A stretch of 29,988 bases of DNA from Acaryochloris thomasi RCC1774 (GTDB lineage Bacteria; Cyanobacteriota; Cyanobacteriia; Thermosynechococcales; Thermosynechococcaceae): the NCBI RefSeq assembly GCF_003231495.1, contig NZ_PQWO01000036.1:1-29988 (forward strand). Direction: 5' to 3'. This document shows, piece after piece, positions 8,039 through 15,196 of the stretch. Position 1 is the first letter of the stretch. Each line of letters opens with the position of its first letter. The position numbers and the translations under genes are program-made. Below the pieces are notes generated by a model. That model was given only the letters and a program-made list of their open reading frames with translations. It ran no database searches and was not told the DNA's origin.

Positions 8039-9107
8039 CAGTTTCAGAAATCAAACGTTGGATCTCAGCCTCAGTAAATTCGACTTCAGTTTCACTGAGG
8101 CGTTTTCGTAAAAACTGACTAGCAATTTCGGGAGTAAAGTTGCCAACCATATAAGGGCGACCAAACAAACCTGCTAAGGGTGAGGTCATCACAGGTGAGT
8201 CAGGAAAAAGTAAGTCTAAGTTAGTACGGCTGGCAATGACCAAAGAGAGAGGAGCATCAAAACCATCAGCAAGTCCCCGCAACTCAGATCTCTCGTCTCC
8301 AGAAAATAGGTCTGACCGGGTCATCTTCTCAATCTCGTCAATACATAGAATGTAACGACGTTGCTGCAAAGCTCTCTTCAAGGCAAACCCTCTACAGGTT
8401 TTGATACCGAGAGAGTAGCAAAGAGACTCGAACAAATCGTTCTCACCATGAACCCACTCCATGTTGATAAGAACAAATCCATAGCTTGAGAGTGAGGGTA
8501 CCCTTGGACCTTTCTGGCAAATCATCGAGAGTATAGAAGACTTACCAATCTCTGACATGCCTACCAATGATACGTTGCAGCCTTTAGCTAATTCTACAAA
8601 GAGCTGTCCAAAAAGGTCTACACGGTCAAAAAAGCGGTTCTCATCAGTTATTCGTCCCCGGTCACCGAAAGGCAAATCTGCAATGGTGGCTTTTACAGAA
8701 AGCGGGGAAATTCCTGAACGCTGAGCCATATGCTCTTCTCTAGCGACAGACCATTGGGGAAACCGTTGTGCCCAAAGCCATTGATAAGCTTTCTGCCAAG
8801 GGCTTTCTCCCTTCGGATACCGCCCAACAACGTTTGCTTCATCCGCGATTGAATCTCCTAAGCAGCAACCGGACTCAGCTAAAACTCGACAGATGACTCT
8901 TAGGTTATCTTGGAAAATCTGAACTGGATTATCTGAAATCCAAGAATGACTTAATGATTGAGCAATATCAATGTTCTTCCACTGTTTCTTCTGTGGATCA
9001 AAACGAGCCATGAAAATATCACGCCTCTTGCCGGAAAATCCATATAGATCAACCATCTCAGAAATGAATATGTACTCAAGACTGCTTTGTCTAGGGGAGA
9101 AGTTCAT
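7977..9107 (-). CDS. P-loop NTPase with an N-terminal HTH-like domain
   Basis: Walker A is VSLVGMSEIGKSSIL (8527-8561) and Walker B is YILCIDEIEKM. The N-terminal about 130 aa (LYGFSGKRRDIFMARF...IDIAQSL...GRYPKGESPWQKAYQWLW) resemble the sigma-r4/LuxR-like leader that I recall on cyanobacterial NACHT/AAA-WD40 proteins. The ATG at 9107 is preferred over the TTG at 9125. Confidence 0.75.
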   Translation of the reverse strand: MNFSPRQSSLEYIFISEMVDLYGFSGKRRDIFMARFDPQKKQWKNIDIAQSLSHSWISDNPVQIFQDNLRVICRVLAESGCCLGDSIADEANVVGRYPKGESPWQKAYQWLWAQRFPQWSVAREEHMAQRSGISPLSVKATIADLPFGDRGRITDENRFFDRVDLFGQLFVELAKGCNVSLVGMSEIGKSSILSMICQKGPRVPSLSSYGFVLINMEWVHGENDLFESLCYSLGIKTCRGFALKRALQQRRYILCIDEIEKMTRSDLFSGDERSELRGLADGFDAPLSLVIASRTNLDLLFPDSPVMTSPLAGLFGRPYMVGNFTPEIASQFLRKRLSETEVEFTEAEIQRLISETDGHPARLQQAAAQLYRSYTN

Positions 9108-9659
9108 AAGCGGCAAGAACCTCAAAGCATTTATAGGTCCAGCATAAACCTAGAATGACGCAAATCAAAAGCGAGGAAACATCGATCAACTTAAATTCTA
9201 TTTGTTTTCTATTTTGCACCTATTTTATATATCTACAAGGCTTAGTAATATAGATTTTAAGATGAGTTTCATGCACATATTCTCAGCATAATAGTGAGAT
9301 ACTAAAGCTTTAAATTAGTCTATAAGAATATAGTTGATTGAAGAAAATGGGATTTCTAGAATCTGTAAATATGTAAAGTATTAGCAATTGTGGAGATTGT
9401 ATCATACAAAATAATAATGTTGATGTTGGAAACGGAAAGCGTAACAGATTCCCAGCCTATACTCAAAAAATATCTATCTTGTAAGTTCCTGCGAATTCAC
9501 GACTGAATGATCTTGGGCTTGAGATCTGTTACGGTTCTAAGAACCAGAATGAGGGCCTAGAAAATATATTGAGCCTTTTACCTTCAGCAACCATGCTGTT
9601 ATAGGTTAAATGAATTATTTAGTTCTAACCACAGTATTTTGAAATAAGGAGACATATTG

Positions 9660-10073
9660 ATGAAAATAAAATCTTGGGTATTCAGCCTTGCTTGTAGCTG
9701 TATATCTTTATCTATTTTCGCAATGATACCAACGCCAACCTCAGCAAATATTAACTCAGAAAGAGCTATTCAGGAATGGTCTGGGAATTGGGACTGTATT
9801 ATTGATGGCAGACCATCAAAAATTTCATTTAATTATGATTTTGGCAAAGGATGGGGTATTAGGTTTAGTGACAATGGAGGTCCTTGGAAGACTCTTGTTG
9901 CGAGGCGGTTAGATTCTAATGACCCACCTGCAGATCGCCCAGGAAATCTCTTTCCACTTAAATATGCTGATGATGGGAATCATTGGCTACTAATACTGCA
10001 TGGAGGTAGTCGTAAGGCTAGTGGATATACAACTTGGAATAAAACACCCTATGGACTCCATTGCCAGAAATGA
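9660..10073 (+). CDS. small secreted protein, unknown function
   Basis: AAGGAG lies 7 nt upstream of the ATG at 9660. The N-terminal signal peptide is MKIKSWVFSLACSCISLSIFAMIPTPTSA. The mature part contains two Cys, which may form a disulfide. Confidence 0.6.
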   Translation: MKIKSWVFSLACSCISLSIFAMIPTPTSANINSERAIQEWSGNWDCIIDGRPSKISFNYDFGKGWGIRFSDNGGPWKTLVARRLDSNDPPADRPGNLFPLKYADDGNHWLLILHGGSRKASGYTTWNKTPYGLHCQK

Positions 10074-10392
10074 TAGCTCTTAGCGGAGTAGTTCAAACCA
10101 GGAGAAAACTTCGGACTTAGTAAAATAACTTACATCTACAGTCAGACATAGGTTTTAGGGATTTATCACACACAAAAAGTGTTTCGCTGGCCGTCTGGAA
10201 GTTAAACCTGCCAACGAATTGCTGATCTGTTTGTTCAGGCTGTATGACTTGAGCTGGTGGAAACGATCCATTTTGAGAAAGGCTCTGCAGCCTTTTTATA
10301 GAAAGGCTTCCAGAAAATTTTAATGCCTGCGGAATGTAGAGTATATGGCATATATTTTGATGATGTTGTCTAATCAATTTTAGGATATTAGA

Positions 10393-11343
10393 ATGAGATC
10401 GATTACTCAAATTAATACGTTCGCAATTTCATTTATACTATTTTACTCTTGTCACCAAATTATATACGCACAGGATAAAAATCCTATTAACTTGATATAT
10501 CCATCTAATTCAATTTATAGATCTGTTCAAAAGCGTAGTAATGATCTAAAAATAACTAATGAGAAAGGTATATTGATTAAAGCCCAAGCTAAAAAGACAG
10601 GGATTATTTTTGCAAATCTTTCACAAGGAAGCGAATTCTCTAGCAGTAGAATGCAGCTAACTGACATTCCTTTTTATGGCTTGCATGGTACATATTTTGC
10701 TGATGCGACTGGTGATGGGCGAGCTGATGCAATCGTCGTGAATGATGACAAGGTTACTGTGCGTCGCTCCGATGGGAGTAACTTTACAAGCAATGAAGCT
10801 TGGACTTCCAATCCTTATTACGGTAGCCGAGGAACATACTTTGCTGACGTAACTGGTGATGGACGAGCTGATGCAATCGTTGTGAATGATGACAAGGTTA
10901 CTGTGCGTCGCTCCGATGGGAGTAACTTTACGAGCAATGAAGCTTGGACTTCCAATCCTTATTACGGTAGCCGAGGAACATACTTTGCTGACGTAACTGG
11001 TGATGGACGAGCTGATGCAATCGTCGTGAATGATGACAAGGTCACTGTGCGTCGCTCCGATGGGAGTAACTTTACGAGCAATGAAGCTTGGACTTCCAAT
11101 CCTTATTACGGTAGTCTAGGGACATACTTTGCTGACGTAACTGGTGATGGGCGAGCTGATGCAATTGTAGTAAATGCAGACAAAGTTACTGTACGTCGGT
11201 CTGATGGAAGTAAGTTTATAGGTAATGAAGTATGGGCTACAAATAGAGATTTTCCTCTTCACAGAAGTATCACATTCGCTGACATAAATGCTGATAAATT
11301 AAGTGACTTTTTGGACTATCAGTCAGGCCCAATTTTATATTAG
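10393..11343 (+). CDS. secreted FG-GAP/VCBS-repeat protein
   Basis: Signal-like N-terminus (FAISFILFYSCHQIIYA). The unit YFADVTGDGRADAIVVNDDKVTVRRSDGSNF repeats four times, and FxDxxGDGxxD is the FG-GAP/VCBS calcium-binding signature. Confidence 0.8.
   Translation: MRSITQINTFAISFILFYSCHQIIYAQDKNPINLIYPSNSIYRSVQKRSNDLKITNEKGILIKAQAKKTGIIFANLSQGSEFSSSRMQLTDIPFYGLHGTYFADATGDGRADAIVVNDDKVTVRRSDGSNFTSNEAWTSNPYYGSRGTYFADVTGDGRADAIVVNDDKVTVRRSDGSNFTSNEAWTSNPYYGSRGTYFADVTGDGRADAIVVNDDKVTVRRSDGSNFTSNEAWTSNPYYGSLGTYFADVTGDGRADAIVVNADKVTVRRSDGSKFIGNEVWATNRDFPLHRSITFADINADKLSDFLDYQSGPILY
10675..11250 (+). repeat. four tandem 144-bp (48-codon) coding repeats
   Basis: Units start at 10675, 10819, 10963 and 11107. 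By my reading, units 2 and 3 differ at only two synonymous positions (atcgtTgtg/atcgtCgtg and aaggtTact/aaggtCact). Unit 4 diverges in its second half. Confidence 0.9.
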
Positions 11344-11520
11344 CAACTGGTTTTAGGTTTCCAATCCTGTACATCTGAAATATCGTCTAGCTTTCTTTAG
11401 CTTTATAGTGAACTGACAAATCAAGCAGTTCTGATTCTTATCGTTGTGAAAAGTAACGACATTCTTGTTCTTTTGACACGACAAGTTCAGCCCCCACATC
11501 GAGATAATTATCCGAGTCAC

Positions 11521-11670
11521 CTAAGCTGATCGCCGCTCCAGCCAATAGTAAAGCGCAACGATCGCAACCATCCCTGCGAGACAACCCCAGGCGGCAAGTG
11601 GCATCGGAGGTAGATACCAAGCCTCTGGTACTGAGATCGCATCTCTGGCTTCTTGGGTGTAGGGGTTCAT
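11521..11670 (-). CDS. 49-aa single-pass membrane peptide (below the ORF-track size cutoff)
   Basis: Hand translation gives MNPYTQEARDAISVPEAWYLPPMPLAAWGCLAGMVAIVALYYWLERRSA. Its ATG overlaps the TAA of the upstream gene by 1 nt (TAATG). It has one C-terminal hydrophobic helix. Confidence 0.35.
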   Translation of the reverse strand: MNPYTQEARDAISVPEAWYLPPMPLAAWGCLAGMVAIVALYYWLERRSA

Positions 11671-12092
11671 TACAGGTTTTCCAAAAGCATCTGAAATTGA
11701 TTCTGTTCCTCTTCACTCAAGAGAAATTCAGGATCGACTTTCCAGTCACCGTAGGCAGCTCGCCTGCCTTCAATAGTTACAGATTCGATGTAGTCGAATG
11801 TGCCTGGATCATCTATGAACAAACTGATCTTGTAATCATCAATCGTAAAATCAAATAGATCGCCAGATACGCAGCTCAAGAAAAAAGTATCAAATACTGC
11901 CTGGGCGTTCTTCTCTCCAGATATCATTTTTCTCAGGACTTCTGCAACCTCTCTCGGGCCAACCTGACAGTGAGAATGTTGCAGATCTGTATCAGAGTAA
12001 AGCGTAGGATCATTGAAATCAGGTCGTTCACTACTAAATTTTTGACTCTTTTGCCATTGAGTTAGTAGTAACGATTTTAGTATTGATTTCAT
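11670..12092 (-). CDS. hypothetical protein (140 aa)
   Basis: AAGGAG lies 8 nt upstream of the ATG at 12092, and the ATG is 12 nt after the nuclease stop. I recognise no family motif. Confidence 0.6.
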   Translation of the reverse strand: MKSILKSLLLTQWQKSQKFSSERPDFNDPTLYSDTDLQHSHCQVGPREVAEVLRKMISGEKNAQAVFDTFFLSCVSGDLFDFTIDDYKISLFIDDPGTFDYIESVTIEGRRAAYGDWKVDPEFLLSEEEQNQFQMLLENL

Positions 12093-12104
12093 TTGCACGG
12101 CTCC

Positions 12105-12893
12105 TTACAACGGCAACAACAACTGCATCCCCTTTGGCTTCCTGGCCGTCTCCGGCAACGGCTCCGGCACCTCACGCTTCGCCGCACAATACCTTTCGTA
12201 ACTACAGCGATCGCACTGCTGCCCTTCCTGCGGTCGCCACTCCTCCTCCCGATGGAGCTGCATCGCCAGATTCTCAATCAACCGCTGTGACTCCCGGCGA
12301 TGCTCCGGCGTTACTTCGTAGGGCTTCTTCTCCCCAGACCTCAGATAGATTAAACTCAGCTTCCGCAACGCCTGCCCGTAGACCTGCTTTAGCAACAGAT
12401 CATAGAGACCCAATTGGATATCAATGGCATCTGGCGGACTCATCTGTTTAGTCGTCTTATAGTCAATCAGCTCTAAGCCATCCTCAATGTAGTCCAGCCG
12501 ATCATATTGACCCCGCACCACAAATTCGATGTATCGAACCTGGAACTTACCTTTGATTCCCTGCTCCACACCCAACGGTTTATTCATCGAAGGGTACGGC
12601 TCAATAAACTGCTCAAAGTACCCTTTGAGCATCGACCACCCATCATCAACTTGCTTACTGCTTAGATCCCCTGTGTGGGCTTGCCACATCAACTCAAACC
12701 ATTCCAAGGAAGGTTTGGGGTGCCCATAGTTCCAATCACCGTAGATGTCCTTTAGTGCCGCATGGACAGCTTTACCCAATGCCGGTGAGCCAAAGGCTGA
12801 CTGCTCCTTGAGTCCCCGCTCATAGCGAAAGTAGTAGGACTGCGGACAGCTCTTGTACAGGTTTAGCCGGGTGGCAGAGATGGGGTAAGCCAT
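12105..12893 (-). CDS. PD-(D/E)XK nuclease, Cas4/RecB/AddB-like, with a probable Fe-S cluster
   Basis: Motifs found are YDRLDY, ELIDYKT (the D/ExK motif) and IQLGLY (the QxxxY motif). One N-terminal Cys (YKSCPQSYYF) plus the C-terminal CDRCSYERYC give the C...CxxCx5C pattern of Cas4/AddB nucleases. Confidence 0.75.
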   Translation of the reverse strand: MAYPISATRLNLYKSCPQSYYFRYERGLKEQSAFGSPALGKAVHAALKDIYGDWNYGHPKPSLEWFELMWQAHTGDLSSKQVDDGWSMLKGYFEQFIEPYPSMNKPLGVEQGIKGKFQVRYIEFVVRGQYDRLDYIEDGLELIDYKTTKQMSPPDAIDIQLGLYDLLLKQVYGQALRKLSLIYLRSGEKKPYEVTPEHRRESQRLIENLAMQLHREEEWRPQEGQQCDRCSYERYCAAKREVPEPLPETARKPKGMQLLLPL

Positions 12894-12998
12894 TCACTAT
12901 GCACTGAGACAGTCTACTGTCATTCTAAGACCATATATCAGTTTAGCCTCCATGCCATTCTTGGGCTAACAACAGTCCTTTTAGAAGAAAACAAGATT

Positions 12999-14015
12999 TT
13001 ACTCATCCAGTTCAGCAAGGATGTCTTGTAATTTCTTTTCTAATTCAAGTATCGATTTTTTGAACTTTGTTTTTTGCCGCTTTGATAATTTGGATATTTG
13101 TTTGGAACCAATGGAATCTATTCGTGAATGTAGCTTTGTTATTGAGTCAACTGCATTAGTCTGAACTGTTGGTTTGGCTTTCTTCTTCAATGCGGCGAGG
13201 GAGAGCTTATTGCTCACCGCTTCGTGTAGCAACGAGGCTCTGAGTTTTGGATCCTCTATCCTTCCTAGAAAAATAGCTTTGGTGTATTCAATCTTTCCAG
13301 AGTTATACGCTGCAAGAACTTCAGTCGGTAGTTCAAGTAGAGGCAGTCTTGAGGTGACAAAGGTTTTCACACCTAGCTCTGGAGCTGCTTCAATAAATGT
13401 GGACTCAATTAATGACTTAATACCTTGATCTATTTTAGCTTTACCCTCTGCTGCATTCTTGTACCGATACAGGCTACGGATAGTCTCCTTTTTTGTTTTT
13501 CCTAGCACTAGGGTTAGTAGGTATAGCAATTCCTCTGTATCATCAAGAGCGTTTAAGCTCCTTCTCCTCGTATTTTCAACTCGAGATAGTTTGACTGCGG
13601 TGACATCATCAACTTCTGCGATGTCTACCTTGATCTCAGTGAGACCTGCTGCTGTGGCTGCATCCAGCCTGGTTTCACCTGCAATTAGACGTAACGTTCT
13701 ATCTTTAAGTCTTTGCACCCAGATGGAACCAAGAAAACCGAAACTTTTTATACTTGCAACTAGATCGTTAAATGCTTCCTCATCCCTTTCTACTCTTGAT
13801 TGGTATGGCCTTCTCTGAATCTCAGAGATTGATACTACCGCTTGTGATAGGTTGTTTTTTCCAACCAGTTCTTCTAAATATTTTTCTGAGTCCGCTAGAT
13901 CTTTTTCTAGTTGTGAAATTTGTTGTCGAGCGTTGTCTAAGTCTTTTTGTGTTTCTAGTGCTTTTGAGCTTGTTGATAGGAATGATGAGACTTTCGGACG
14001 ATTTGTTGTGGCCAT
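12999..14015 (-). CDS. parB: ParB-family partition protein
   Basis: ParB N-terminal (Srx-like) domain: RPYQSRVERDEEAFNDLVASIKSFGFLGSIWVQ...LIAGETRLDAATAAGL. The gene lies directly downstream of parA. Confidence 0.85.
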   Translation of the reverse strand: MATTNRPKVSSFLSTSSKALETQKDLDNARQQISQLEKDLADSEKYLEELVGKNNLSQAVVSISEIQRRPYQSRVERDEEAFNDLVASIKSFGFLGSIWVQRLKDRTLRLIAGETRLDAATAAGLTEIKVDIAEVDDVTAVKLSRVENTRRRSLNALDDTEELLYLLTLVLGKTKKETIRSLYRYKNAAEGKAKIDQGIKSLIESTFIEAAPELGVKTFVTSRLPLLELPTEVLAAYNSGKIEYTKAIFLGRIEDPKLRASLLHEAVSNKLSLAALKKKAKPTVQTNAVDSITKLHSRIDSIGSKQISKLSKRQKTKFKKSILELEKKLQDILAELDE

Positions 14016-14022
14016 AATTAAA

Positions 14023-14042
14023 TTAGAAGATCATTCTTCTAA
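14023..14042. promoter_or_regulatory. parS-like inverted repeat TTAGAAGA-TCAT-TCTTCTAA in the parA-parB spacer
   Basis: Perfect 8-bp arms with the same core as the centre of the 38-bp palindrome upstream of parA. A further half-site, TTAGAAGA, lies at 12981-12988 just downstream of parB. Confidence 0.5.
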
Positions 14043-14043
14043 A

Positions 14044-14862
14044 CTACTTGTACAAGTCGAGGACAACTTTTGTTAATGGCTCAAAGTCTTTGTTCGCGGG
14101 ATGCTTTGGGCGATATAGACTGAGTGGTGCGATACCTCGATTTGAGGCATTCTCGAATTCGCTCGAATAGCGAATTCCATTAAAGCAGCGAATATCTTGA
14201 GCACTAAGTACATCAGAGATTTCCTGGTAGAAAGCTTTCTGATCAGCATTACTTGCTACTTTCATGGGAACACCGCCAATGATTTCAGGGGGAGGTTCTA
14301 AATCGAGTGCTTCCGCTTCATTTCTAATCCACTGCAGTAAGGGGTCTATCCCTCCAAGCTTTGCTGACATAGGTAATGGCATGACAATATGCGAGGCTGC
14401 AGCTAGTGCTGAAAAACTCAAAACATCCATAGAAGCAGGAGAATCCAGTATGACTAGGTTGTAGGGGAGTTTGTACTTTTTTAGGTTCTTGCGAAGAATA
14501 AATTCCCTTCCTGTACGGCTAGGAAGATCTAAAGCTACAGACAACATGACATCTCCCCCGAGACACACATCAAATTTGCCCTTAGTGTTTACCCATTCAG
14601 GAGTAACAATAGGGTAGTTGCCTGAAAAATTGCGATCAAAAATTGCAGCCGTTGTATCATGTGGCGCGAGGTCTGGAGGTAAGCCACAAAACCGAGCCAG
14701 GGAGCCGTTTGTATCCAGGTCGATGAACAAGATATCTAAGCCATTTGCTGCTAATTGATAACCTAGCTGTATTGCTAAAGTTGTTTTGCCGACACCACCT
14801 GCATTTGCAACTACCCATAAGATGTTCTGTTTTGAGCTATCAAGCTTCTTTTTCCTTGGCAT
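14044..14862 (-). CDS. parA: ParA-family partition ATPase
   Basis: Deviant Walker A VVANAGGVGKTTLAIQLG, Walker A' IDLDTNGS, and Walker B LVILDSP. It is paired with parB. Confidence 0.9.
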   Translation of the reverse strand: MPRKKKLDSSKQNILWVVANAGGVGKTTLAIQLGYQLAANGLDILFIDLDTNGSLARFCGLPPDLAPHDTTAAIFDRNFSGNYPIVTPEWVNTKGKFDVCLGGDVMLSVALDLPSRTGREFILRKNLKKYKLPYNLVILDSPASMDVLSFSALAAASHIVMPLPMSAKLGGIDPLLQWIRNEAEALDLEPPPEIIGGVPMKVASNADQKAFYQEISDVLSAQDIRCFNGIRYSSEFENASNRGIAPLSLYRPKHPANKDFEPLTKVVLDLYK

Positions 14863-14901
14863 TGGAGTAATCTCACCAATAAATTCATCGAACCATAATT
14901 G

Positions 14902-14939
14902 AGAAATAGATTAGAAGAACGTTCTTCTAATCTATTTCT
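14902..14939. promoter_or_regulatory. perfect 38-bp palindrome 40 bp upstream of parA; candidate centromere or par operator
   Basis: The sequence is AGAAATAGATTAGAAGAAC|GTTCTTCTAATCTATTTCT. All 19 pairs were checked by hand and the match breaks at 14901/14940. Confidence 0.6.
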
Positions 14940-15196
14940 GGTTTGCTTTGTACCACTGCTATTCAACGAATTGATCTCTGTATTCAGTTGCGTCTTGAAT
15001 TGCCTTTTAAATATTCGAGGGTTGCATCATGAGGTCTTTCGCAGCTCATCGTAGTGCATTAGGTTCTTGGTTACAAGCAGGATTTCCAATTTTTGGCCAC
15101 GACTACACAAGGTATTCCTTCGAGCATCTAGTTGAAGAAATTTGCTGCTTGCCACCCTACTGAGTAATCATCCAGTTCAGGGTTCGCCTCTATCTA

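Noticed and set aside
9126-9656. An AT-rich 530-bp intergenic region with short palindromes (e.g. GGTTCT-A-AGAACC at 9533-9545).
   Set aside because: It is most simply the divergent promoter region for the NTPase operon and the secreted-protein gene. There is no repeat array or RNA-gene signature.
10117-10410. A 97-aa minus-strand ORF between the secreted-protein gene and the FG-GAP gene.
   Set aside because: It overlaps the FG-GAP start, has no motif, and sits in what looks like a promoter region.
12083-12451. Long ORFs on the opposite strand or out of frame within GC-rich genes. Examples are 12083-12451, 12089-12290, 15142-15432, 16385-16654, 16841-17227, 19555-19909, 20058-20399 and 21655-22104.
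   Set aside because: Each lies entirely inside a gene with clear family motifs on the other strand or frame. Their products are low-complexity Pro/Arg/Ser/Ala-rich, as expected of shadow ORFs in GC-rich DNA.
14940-15196. A search for a dif/att-like core (two about 11-bp inverted arms with a 6-8 bp spacer) for the recombinase, and a 47-aa plus-strand ORF at 15029-15172.
   Set aside because: Only weak 4-6 bp inverted repeats were found (e.g. ATTCAA...TTGAAT), and the small ORF has no motif or RBS. Nothing is convincing by eye.
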